This document shows, piece by piece, positions 56,130 to 64,000 of a DNA stretch of 64,000 bases. The notes beneath the pieces were generated by a model that did no database searches, was not told where the DNA came from, and was given only the letters and a program-made list of their open reading frames with translations. The position numbers were made by a program, and so were the translations under genes. The stretch's first letter is position 1. The number at the start of each line of letters is the position of its first letter. The stretch is from an uncultured Pseudobdellovibrionaceae bacterium (GTDB lineage: Bacteria; Bdellovibrionota; Bdellovibrionia; Bdellovibrionales; UBA1609), in contig CAZCYD010000001.1 in NCBI GenBank assembly GCA_964502735.1, forward strand, positions 4,584 through 68,583, in the 5' to 3' direction.

Positions 56130-57085
56130 TACTGATTGGTTTCCTTCGTCACTTTGTTAATCATATCTCGGGACATAGCAATATTGTCCATCAGTTCATT
56201 GCTTGAATTTGCCGAAACTACAGTTCCATTATTCTTTTGAACCTCATTTGTAACCTGACTCGTATTGATTTTTTCAAGCTGTTCAGGGGCGGTAATACTC
56301 TTTATATCTTTTAATCTAACTTTTTGCTTACCCATCAACAAAATAGGCCCTTCCCCTGTGTAGTTAACTCCTGTAACGACCCCTGCAAATTTGGTTTCTG
56401 CTGCTATTTTTTTACCACTACTATCTTGTGCTTTAATTTCAACTTTGAATTCACCTTTACCCATAGACGATCCTTCACTGTTAAGACCATTCCATGTTAC
56501 AACATTTTGTCCTTCTTTCAAATTTCTAACTTCTAACTCTCGCACAACTGTACCATTGGCATCTTTAATAATTACATCAACTTTTGTGGCGTCTTTAATA
56601 AGTCTAAAGTTTATATCATGTTCTTCTTTAGGGTCCTGTCGCATGATTTGAGTAGAGTCTCCTTGAATGGCTCTCCCTATTAAATTCAAAGTTTCAAATT
56701 GAGCCCCTGATTGATTACCATTGAGATTCATTAATTTAATACTCTCATCAATATTCTGTAGCTTTTCTAGAGAAGAAAATTGAGCTAACTGAGCGGCCAT
56801 CTGATGACTTTCCATTGGTGATGTTGGGTCTTGGTTTTTCATCTGAGCCAATAATAACTTTAAAAATGCATCTTTGCCGAGTTCATCATTACCCACGCGG
56901 CGAGCTTTTACAGGATCAATCCAATTTGGATCTGATATCTTATTTAGCATTTCGCCAATATTTTCATTATTTCCTAAAGCTATCTCATTATTCTGTGCAC
57001 TCATTGTATTTTTAGTTTCTGCCTTTAAAGCTGAAGTCTGTTCAGCCTTCGACCAAGTTTGAGTTCCACCCTTAACACTAATCAT
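56129..57085 (-). CDS. flgD: Flagellar hook assembly/capping protein FlgD
   Basis: The FlgD N-domain is LGKDAFLKLLLAQMKNQDPTSPM...AQLAQFSSLE. The C-terminal part is Ig-like (VTWNGLNSEG). Confidence 0.92.
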   Translation of the reverse strand: MISVKGGTQTWSKAEQTSALKAETKNTMSAQNNEIALGNNENIGEMLNKISDPNWIDPVKARRVGNDELGKDAFLKLLLAQMKNQDPTSPMESHQMAAQLAQFSSLEKLQNIDESIKLMNLNGNQSGAQFETLNLIGRAIQGDSTQIMRQDPKEEHDINFRLIKDATKVDVIIKDANGTVVRELEVRNLKEGQNVVTWNGLNSEGSSMGKGEFKVEIKAQDSSGKKIAAETKFAGVVTGVNYTGEGPILLMGKQKVRLKDIKSITAPEQLEKINTSQVTNEVQKNNGTVVSANSSNELMDNIAMSRDMINKVTKETNQ

Positions 57086-57106
57086 AATTCACCTTTTTTA
57101 ATAATT

Positions 57107-58879
57107 TTAAGCCACCAAATTTAATCTTTTTTGTTCACCCGCTCCATTTTTCATTGCCTTAGCAACTAGAAGTGGATTTTCGGCTTCATCCTGCGTTTGT
57201 GATCTATAAGCTCTAACTCCTGTCATATCAAAGAAACCATTTCTCCATGACTGGTTATTTCTTCTGAATTCTCCCATAAATTGCTGGGCAAACTGCCTTT
57301 CAGCATCCTTTTGTTTTTCAGCCAAGTCGCCCATTAAATCTGCTGAAGTGTCCACTTTAATGTTTTCCAAATTTAATTTGTGACTAGCTAAAGTAGATTT
57401 TAGTTCAGAAACACCTTTTTCTAATAAATTTTTGGCTTCTTGCGTATCAGCCAACATCTCAATGTTAACAATCCCATTCTCAACCTGAACCTTCATTGTG
57501 ACTTCACCTAACCCATGGGGATTCATCTGAATTCTCATTTCACCCCCACCATTTTTAAGCAAAGCTCGTGCTTGACTTACAACCTCATTAACATTTTCAG
57601 ATTCTTGCACATCTGTAAGTTGTGGCCGTGATTGAACATGAAACTCTTTAGTAGAGTTATTTCCAGTACCATCATTAATTTTAATACCTTCTGACAGAAG
57701 GCCATCAGAGTTGTTACCGTCTAGACTATCTGAGCTTGCGCGGTCTGAATCTTGTGCATTTTCATTGATTATTCCACCTAAACCTTGTGCCCCAAGCGAC
57801 TCCCCAATAGTATTATCAAAACCAGATCCAACAACCTCTTTTGCCTCTACCAATGGATTAGGTTCAATATGTTTAATATCTGTAATATTTAAAGATTTTA
57901 ATACTTCCGGCGATACATAATTAGAAATATAATGAATTTCCGTATTTGAAGTCTTCCCTAAAGGATTCTCTCCTAAAGTGTTCTCTCCTAAAAGAAAACT
58001 ATTTTCGTTGTAATCAATTGGGGTTTTAGTACTGCCATTAATAATGGCTTTTGTGGATAGAACTGTTGCCTGATCGTAATCCATCCCTTTTACACTCTGG
58101 TCACCAATTGCACCCAGTGAACCTCCCATAAAAAATTGTGAAGACTTCATGTTGCTGTGATCAGATGAGCCCTGATGGTGGTCACTAATGGGCATATATA
58201 AATCTTTTTGGTCAGTTTCTGAAGATTGATCAAGACGAGGTGGATTAACAAAAAAATGATGACTTAATTTTTGAATATCATTCTGAATTTTTTGATTCTG
58301 CAAATCCCTCTTGCTCATTATTTTTATAGAAAGTCCGCTGCCATCACTCTGAAATCTGTCGGCAATCAGCGACGTGTTTGTTTGTTCTAGCATTTCTTGA
58401 AAATATTTTTCTGCCTTTACGGAATTATCTGCACTTAAGTTAAGGTGGCCGATAAGGGTCTTCATAGATTCCTCAGGTGGACTTAACAATTCTTCTTCTG
58501 ACAAGTTCGAAAATGCAGAAATTAACTCTTCTGGCTGAATATTTAAATCACTTTTCATCCTGGAAAGAAAAGTCTTAAGTGCAGTTCTCTGCGTTAAACT
58601 TTCATCAAAACCAACAAATTCTTTTAGAGATGGCTTTACATAACTCTCATTTTTAGAAACTATGCTCTGTTGATTCTGTTCATGTTCAGACTCTCCAACA
58701 GCAACACTGCCCAGATTAGTTCCTGATGTTCCTGATCGCGACTGATACGAATCCTCAGATGAAAGCAAATCTACGAAACCCTTTTCCTCCTTTTGTCCCT
58801 CTTTACTGTTAGGGAAGGAACCTCCAATTTTGTTTGGAAGTGAAGTTATTGATTGTCCTGAGGTTCCAATGATATTCAT
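57107..58879 (-). CDS. fliK: Flagellar hook-length control protein FliK
   Basis: The N-terminal part is long and low in complexity. The C-terminal Flg_hook domain is MRIQMNPHGLGEVTMKVQVENGIVNIEMLADTQEAKNLLE. The position is before flgD. Confidence 0.85.
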   Translation of the reverse strand: MNIIGTSGQSITSLPNKIGGSFPNSKEGQKEEKGFVDLLSSEDSYQSRSGTSGTNLGSVAVGESEHEQNQQSIVSKNESYVKPSLKEFVGFDESLTQRTALKTFLSRMKSDLNIQPEELISAFSNLSEEELLSPPEESMKTLIGHLNLSADNSVKAEKYFQEMLEQTNTSLIADRFQSDGSGLSIKIMSKRDLQNQKIQNDIQKLSHHFFVNPPRLDQSSETDQKDLYMPISDHHQGSSDHSNMKSSQFFMGGSLGAIGDQSVKGMDYDQATVLSTKAIINGSTKTPIDYNENSFLLGENTLGENPLGKTSNTEIHYISNYVSPEVLKSLNITDIKHIEPNPLVEAKEVVGSGFDNTIGESLGAQGLGGIINENAQDSDRASSDSLDGNNSDGLLSEGIKINDGTGNNSTKEFHVQSRPQLTDVQESENVNEVVSQARALLKNGGGEMRIQMNPHGLGEVTMKVQVENGIVNIEMLADTQEAKNLLEKGVSELKSTLASHKLNLENIKVDTSADLMGDLAEKQKDAERQFAQQFMGEFRRNNQSWRNGFFDMTGVRAYRSQTQDEAENPLLVAKAMKNGAGEQKRLNLVA

Positions 58880-58919
58880 ATAAAATTTAACCTATCTTTG
58901 TAATCCTATCTTTTTAATC

Positions 58920-59753
58920 TTATCTTCTTTTATAGCCTGCAAATTTTTCAGTTAGAACTTGAGCCTTTTCAGGCTTAAGTAAATTCAAAATATCTGCCGC
59001 ATTTTTCTTTTTCATTCTTCCTAAAATTTCCACAGCAAGATCTTCATTAAGCGTTGCTACAATCTGGGCTGCGTTTTGTGGTTTCATATCTGAATAAAAC
59101 TCCACCAACTTTTTAATCCTTTCTTCGTCGACCTCAACCTTATCTTTTAAAACCTGACCAATTTGCGATCTAATTTCTTCAAGTTTCTTGATTCGATTTT
59201 CGATCTCTCTTCTTTGTTCATGCAATTCGCTCTCCAATTCATTTAATTCTTTTTCTCTAAGGTCTAGTTCTGTTTTTCTATCGTTTAACTTAGTAAAATG
59301 ATTAATATTTTCTTCTCTATTTTTTTCACTCGACAAATCTTTATTTGCACTAGACAGCTCATTGCCAGAGGAAATTCTTGCCTCTTTTACACTTTTGTCT
59401 GAGGATTTTTTTTCCTCTACCTTCTCAACAGCTTCACTGATGGCAAATGGACTGATTTCCACTCGGTCGATAAAATTTATCACATAATCAATATTCAAAT
59501 ACCCCCAACCAGCAATTGACGCACCCAAAGCGAATAAAATAAATAAAGCAAAATTAGATGAAGCGGTATTTCGTCCAGATATATATGGTTTTTTGGATGA
59601 TGAAGATTGAGGTTTCGTTGTCCCATGCACGCTATTTATTTTAGCAAAAATTCTATTCCCTCTATTTTTCACCTGTTTCAGTTTCAACTCGACTTTAGAT
59701 TTTGGTTTATTCTTTTTTGCAACACGAAAATACTCATTGTAAGAGTTATTCAT
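58920..59753 (-). CDS. YlxF/MotE-like flagellar protein (MgtE_N-like C-terminal domain)
   Basis: A TM segment and a coiled coil are followed by YSDMKPQNAAQIVATLNEDLAVEILGRMKKKNAADILNLL. The position between fliJ and fliK matches B. subtilis ylxF. Confidence 0.65.
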   Translation of the reverse strand: MNNSYNEYFRVAKKNKPKSKVELKLKQVKNRGNRIFAKINSVHGTTKPQSSSSKKPYISGRNTASSNFALFILFALGASIAGWGYLNIDYVINFIDRVEISPFAISEAVEKVEEKKSSDKSVKEARISSGNELSSANKDLSSEKNREENINHFTKLNDRKTELDLREKELNELESELHEQRREIENRIKKLEEIRSQIGQVLKDKVEVDEERIKKLVEFYSDMKPQNAAQIVATLNEDLAVEILGRMKKKNAADILNLLKPEKAQVLTEKFAGYKRR

Positions 59754-60197
59754 TTACTCGCCCCTCTTGTATCTTGTGGTTACTAGATTATCTATTTCCT
59801 TTGTTTCTCGTTTTGTCTTTTCAATTTTGTATTCTTTAGCTTTTTTTTCTTTTATTTTTTCTAGAATCTTGAATTCCTTAACTGCCTCAATAAATATTTC
59901 ACGCTTTTCTTCAGCAATCATACTAAGTTCTCTTAAACATATTTTTTCTTTTTCAATTCTAATTTTACAACCTTTAATAAACTCATCTAGTCCGGCTAGA
60001 TATTCAGATTTTTTTCCCCCGGCTACTTGCTCATTCTCCATATTCTTGCGAGTTGTGTCTATATCTCTCCATAACGAATCTATTTTTTTTAGAGACTGAT
60101 CTACAGCTAGTTGAGCTTTCACATATACCTTTCTGGCGTTTTCTTCTTCTCGCTTTCTATTTTTTAACAAAGTCTCCAAACGAAATTCAAACCCCAT
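59754..60197 (-). CDS. fliJ: Flagellar export chaperone FliJ
   Basis: 147-aa coiled-coil protein immediately downstream of fliI. The start FEFRLETLLKNRKREEENA is typical. Confidence 0.85.
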   Translation of the reverse strand: MGFEFRLETLLKNRKREEENARKVYVKAQLAVDQSLKKIDSLWRDIDTTRKNMENEQVAGGKKSEYLAGLDEFIKGCKIRIEKEKICLRELSMIAEEKREIFIEAVKEFKILEKIKEKKAKEYKIEKTKRETKEIDNLVTTRYKRGE

Positions 60198-60198
60198 C

Positions 60199-61521
60199 TT
60201 ACACCATCACGAATTTAGCAATCTCACTAACTCTATTCTGCAGATCTGATCCCTCTCCAACTTTTTGCATTAAAAAACTCTCTATAGGCTTATGACATCT
60301 GATAGACATATCTATCTCATGACTGCTCCCCTCCTTATAAGCACCAATATTAATGAGGTCTTCAGCATCAGCATATGTTGCTAAATTTCTACGCACTTGA
60401 GAAGCAAACTGAAGATGCTCAGGACTTATAACGTTTCCCATAACTCGACTTGAGCTTTGTAATACATCTATAGCCGGGAAATGCCCTTTCTGTGCTAGCT
60501 TCCTTGTCAAAACAATATGACCATCGACGATAGACCTAACAGAATCGCCAATTGGATCATCCATATCATCACCCTCTACAAGAACTGTATACAGCCCTGT
60601 AATACTACCCTTTCCTTCAAAATTTCCAGCTCGCTCTAAAACTTTTGGCAACATAGTAAATACACTCGGAGTGTAGCCTTTTGTTGCAGGCGGCTCTCCA
60701 ATGCTTAATCCAATCTCTCTTTGTGCCATGGCAAAACGAGTAATAGAATCCATCATAAGAAGTACATCTTTTCCTTGTTCACTAAAATATTCAGCTATTG
60801 TCGCTGCAAGAAAAGCTCCTCTCATCCTCAGCAGTGGACTCTGGTCTGACGTTGCTACAATTACAACTGACTTTTTCATCCCTTCAGCGCCCAAGTTATT
60901 CTCGATAAACTCGCGAACTTCTCGTCCTCTTTCTCCTATTAATGCAATGACATTGACGTCGGCTTTTGTGTTTTTGGCCATCATGCCTAATAAAACAGAC
61001 TTTCCCACACCTGAGCCGGCCATAATGCCAACTCGCTGCCCCTTACCAACCGTAATAAGGCCATCAATGGCTCTAATACCTAGTTCTAGAGGCTCTTTAA
61101 TCGGAGGTCTCCATAGTGGATTTTTACCCTCATTATACAACTCAAAATCTGTTGAGGCATCAATGCCCCCCTTTTCATCAATTGGCTCTCCCATGGAGTT
61201 TATTACTCTTCCTAACAAATCATCGCTTACTCCAACAAAAGCTCTTGTCTTTAACAATACAATTTTAGCTCCCATCCCTACACCTCTCATTTCTCCTAGA
61301 GGCATCATCAGGACTTCTCTCTGTTTAAAACCCACAACTTCAACTAAAAACGAACTCATCCCTGCAAATGGAAATATTTCGCAAACACTTCCAATGCACG
61401 CACCAGGTACATAACCTTTAATCAAAAATCCTGTTACTTCTGTAACTTTGCCAATGTCTTTGTTGATATTAAGGTTAAAAACTGCATTGAAATATTTATT
61501 GAAATTCAATTCAAATGACAC
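60199..61521 (-). CDS. fliI: Flagellum-specific ATPase FliI
   Basis: Walker A is GSGVGKSVLLGM and Walker B is VLLMMDSITRFA. The organisation is F1-beta-like. Confidence 0.97.
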   Translation of the reverse strand: MSFELNFNKYFNAVFNLNINKDIGKVTEVTGFLIKGYVPGACIGSVCEIFPFAGMSSFLVEVVGFKQREVLMMPLGEMRGVGMGAKIVLLKTRAFVGVSDDLLGRVINSMGEPIDEKGGIDASTDFELYNEGKNPLWRPPIKEPLELGIRAIDGLITVGKGQRVGIMAGSGVGKSVLLGMMAKNTKADVNVIALIGERGREVREFIENNLGAEGMKKSVVIVATSDQSPLLRMRGAFLAATIAEYFSEQGKDVLLMMDSITRFAMAQREIGLSIGEPPATKGYTPSVFTMLPKVLERAGNFEGKGSITGLYTVLVEGDDMDDPIGDSVRSIVDGHIVLTRKLAQKGHFPAIDVLQSSSRVMGNVISPEHLQFASQVRRNLATYADAEDLINIGAYKEGSSHEIDMSIRCHKPIESFLMQKVGEGSDLQNRVSEIAKFVMV

Positions 61522-62372
61522 TAGACCTCCCCATTATCATTCTCAGCATCACCAGAGTCATTGGGGTCACCTTCTTTATTTTTCAATTTAGTCTTAGGAA
61601 TTTTTGACTCTATTGCTTTCCAAACTTTTTCGAATCTTTGATCCAAACTCGCATCAATAGCTCCATACTTTGTTTCTAATATACAACCACCATCTTCTAT
61701 ATCAGATTGAGCATCAATTTTAACATTTTTTAAAATTTCAACTCTTTTATCAAGTTTTTCTCTTAAATCTTGTATAAATTGACTATCATTCAATGAAATT
61801 TTTAAAACAACATCCTCATCATTCTGCGCAGACTCAAAAACCTGAGCAATAACATTTAATACGACATCGCGATTGCTCTGAATCTCCCTTAATGCAATTT
61901 TGCTAGCTATTAGATTAATTAATCTTATTATTTTTTCTTCATTACATTCAATTAACTGATTTTGAACTCTGTCAAAAGAATAAAGAAGCTGATCTAATTT
62001 ATCAATTCTAATTTTTAAATCACTTGAATGATCCAAATACGCTTTGTCTCTTCCTTCAATAAGCCCCAGCTCATAAGCTTCAGAGTAAGCTTTTTCTTGA
62101 ACTTCTTTTAATTTTTCAAGCGCTTCAGTCTCAACTTTAAGTTCTACTTCGCGTTTTTTTAAATCAGTAATTCCAGATTGATCAGCTATAAGTTCACTTA
62201 GCTTAAAATCCGAAGACTTTTCATTTTGACTCATTAAAAAATTTTTTGCAGACGAATTTACGACCAATGGAAACTCCTGTGGTACATAATTAAACACAAG
62301 AGTTTCAGCCTCATCTCTATTTAATATTTCTCTTTTAAAACTCACAGAACGTCCCCACAAAAATAAGATCAA
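61521..62372 (-). CDS. fliH: Flagellar assembly protein FliH
   Basis: The position is between fliG and fliI. The middle part is a charged coiled coil and the C-terminal domain is FliH/NtpE-like. The start is uncertain. Confidence 0.8.
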   Translation of the reverse strand: MILFLWGRSVSFKREILNRDEAETLVFNYVPQEFPLVVNSSAKNFLMSQNEKSSDFKLSELIADQSGITDLKKREVELKVETEALEKLKEVQEKAYSEAYELGLIEGRDKAYLDHSSDLKIRIDKLDQLLYSFDRVQNQLIECNEEKIIRLINLIASKIALREIQSNRDVVLNVIAQVFESAQNDEDVVLKISLNDSQFIQDLREKLDKRVEILKNVKIDAQSDIEDGGCILETKYGAIDASLDQRFEKVWKAIESKIPKTKLKNKEGDPNDSGDAENDNGEV

Positions 62373-62384
62373 ATGATTTTATAA

Positions 62385-63422
62385 CTATACAAGTGCATCT
62401 TCAGATCCACCTCTAGCAATAAGAATTTTTCCTTCTTGTTCTAATCTTCTTGCTATATTTACAATTTCGACTTGTGCAGATTCTACATCGGAGAGACGAG
62501 ATGGACCTAAGCTAGCCAAATCCTCCTTAAGAAGATTTGCAGCTCTTTGCGATATATTTTTAAATATCTTCTCTCTTATCTCTTCGTTTGCAGTCTTTAA
62601 TGCCAATAATAATTTATCATTTGGAACTTCCTTGAGCAGGGTCTGGATGCCTTTGTCATCAATTTTGATAATATCTTCAAAAACAAACATCAGCTTTCGA
62701 ATTTCTTCTGCTAGAATTGGGTCTTTTTCTTCGATTCGTGACATGATCGAAGTCTCAGTATTTTTATCCATAACGTTAAGCATTTCAGCCACTGGTTGAA
62801 CTCCACCAAGAGAGGCTTGCTCAACTGTTCCAATGCTTGACAACTCTCTTTTTAAAACCTGATCCACCTCCGCAATGAGTTCCGGAGCTACGTGGTCTAA
62901 ACTTGAAAGTCGAAGAACAACCTCTGCTTGTAGAGCGTCAGGCAGACGTTTTAGAACCTCTCCTTTCTTTTCAGGTTCTAGATGAGCTAGAATCACAGAT
63001 ATAGTTTGCGGATGCTCATTTATCAAAAAATTTGATAATGATTTTGCATCAACCATTTCCAAGCTTTCTAAACTTCTAGATGACGGTGAATTAACATTTA
63101 AATGTCCCAAAATTCCTCTCGCACGTTCTTCACCGACCGCATCAACAACAGTTTCTTTGGATGTAACATCTTCAGAAAAGATATAGTCTTGCGATTCACT
63201 TAACATCTCATAATATTCTTCTAGAACTTTTTTGGTTACTTCTACTGGAACAATTCTGAACTTTTGCATTGCGCTCAGTAGTTTTCTTATGTCTCCATCA
63301 TCCGTGTGTCTAAACAGTATTTTTGCAGCTGAAGTCCCTAAGTAGTTTAAAAGAATAGCTGCCTTTTCAAAACCACGAAGTGATTCATAGTTAACATCAT
63401 CAATTTTTTGTAACTTCATCAA
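62385..63422 (-). CDS. fliG: Flagellar motor switch protein FliG
   Basis: Motifs EHPQTISVILAHL, MFVFEDI and the C-terminal torque-helix region are present. The start overlaps the fliF stop (ATGA). Confidence 0.96.
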   Translation of the reverse strand: MMKLQKIDDVNYESLRGFEKAAILLNYLGTSAAKILFRHTDDGDIRKLLSAMQKFRIVPVEVTKKVLEEYYEMLSESQDYIFSEDVTSKETVVDAVGEERARGILGHLNVNSPSSRSLESLEMVDAKSLSNFLINEHPQTISVILAHLEPEKKGEVLKRLPDALQAEVVLRLSSLDHVAPELIAEVDQVLKRELSSIGTVEQASLGGVQPVAEMLNVMDKNTETSIMSRIEEKDPILAEEIRKLMFVFEDIIKIDDKGIQTLLKEVPNDKLLLALKTANEEIREKIFKNISQRAANLLKEDLASLGPSRLSDVESAQVEIVNIARRLEQEGKILIARGGSEDALV

Positions 63423-64000
63423 CTATCCCTCCTCGTTAGCCATAGACTAAATGCACCTGAAGCCTTTTCTTCTTCCGTCTCCATTAACGCCATTATTCTC
63501 TCTTTTAAGAGTTCACTTTCTGCTTTATCAGGATCAATTGAGTCTTCCATTAGAGGTAATGCTCCTTGCATTCCCGGCAGTGTATTATCGACAGACTGAA
63601 GTTCTTCTAACTCTTCAATTGTCCTTGGCAACATATCTTCCACAGTGTCTTGAAAGGAGTCAGTTATCCAACGCATAAATGGACGAACAACAATAAGGAA
63701 AAATAAAGCCAAACTAAATCCCAACAATGACCACTTGAATAACGCATGTAAAAGTTTTTTTCTTTCAAGAGTTGAGAGAATCTTATCAGAATCTGAAAAA
63801 TCATATTTCGAGAACTGAACATTTTCTATTTTAACAGTATCTCCTCTCTTTGCATTATAACCTATTGCGCTCTTTACTATCTCTTCAAACTGCTTAATTT
63901 CTTCTGGTGTTCGCGGATTCCAATCCTCCTTAACACTGCCATCTTCAAGAATTGTTTTATTTATCTTGCCATCTACAATTACGGCCACACTAATTTGTTC
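63419..64000 (-). CDS. fliF: Flagellar MS-ring protein FliF (C-terminal part; N-terminus lies beyond the window)
   Basis: The frame stays open to base 64000 (..EQISVAVIVDGK..). The C-terminal TM helix is LLGFSLALFFLIVVRPF and the FliG-binding tail is acidic. The position is upstream of fliG. Confidence 0.9.
   Translation of the reverse strand, partial: EQISVAVIVDGKINKTILEDGSVKEDWNPRTPEEIKQFEEIVKSAIGYNAKRGDTVKIENVQFSKYDFSDSDKILSTLERKKLLHALFKWSLLGFSLALFFLIVVRPFMRWITDSFQDTVEDMLPRTIEELEELQSVDNTLPGMQGALPLMEDSIDPDKAESELLKERIMALMETEEEKASGAFSLWLTRRDS

Noticed and set aside
60701-61414. 237-aa ORF antisense to fliI, surprisingly long for an AT-rich genome
   Set aside because: In this relative frame, antisense stops arise only opposite Tyr (TAY) or His/Gln (CAN) codons of the sense gene, next to a codon whose third base is a pyrimidine. 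A Tyr/His/Gln-poor ATPase therefore leaves a long shadow ORF. The product is a low-complexity S/P/L/I-rich sequence with no RBS.
1-64000. Search for tRNA, rRNA, tmRNA, RNase P, CRISPR arrays and defence, toxin-antitoxin or prophage modules
   Set aside because: I saw no T-arm (GGTTCGAATCC-like) or acceptor features, no regularly spaced direct repeats, and no nuclease, methylase, integrase or phage structural genes. The only mobile DNA is the single IS element.

Overview
AT-rich bacterial chromosomal window. The gene content looks Bdellovibrionota/Oligoflexia-like or deltaproteobacterial: polar-flagellum flhF/flhG, sigma-54 control, many secreted hypothetical proteins. That taxonomic guess is low confidence. 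Two large co-oriented minus-strand flagellar blocks dominate. Block 1 (64000->54336) is fliF(partial)-fliG-fliH-fliI-fliJ-ylxF/motE-like-fliK-flgD-small flagellar operon protein-flgE. Block 2 (21103->9830) is fliL-fliM-fliN-long fliO-fliP-fliQ-fliR-flhB-flhA-flhF-flhG-fliA, preceded by a good sigma-54 promoter. Between the blocks lie about 33 kb of mostly housekeeping genes: IMPase, SPOR protein, S14, UvrD-type helicase, KamA-family radical SAM, class A PBP, ileS-lspA, lgt, HU, pfkA. This stretch also holds a CHASE2 kinase/NtrC-type regulator pair, one IS4-family insertion with an 8-bp target duplication, and several secreted or outer-membrane hypotheticals. The left end carries a REC-histidine kinase hybrid, an isolated CpaC secretin/CpaF-like ATPase pair, aspS and rpoH. 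I found no tRNA, rRNA, CRISPR array or recognisable defence, toxin or prophage module. The leads most worth follow-up are these. (1) A DUF507-DUF507 operon ending in a GroES/Cpn10 domain fused to a ~135-aa histone-H1-like lysine-rich tail, with no groEL next to it. (2) A 136-bp palindrome with perfect 48-bp arms just upstream of a near-consensus sigma-28 promoter that drives an uncharacterised small protein. (3) A 65-nt perfect palindrome that supplies identical AEGARP-stop tails to two convergent genes. (4) A 516-bp structured, repeat-bearing leader upstream of ileS. All family assignments come from motif recognition by eye, not database searches.
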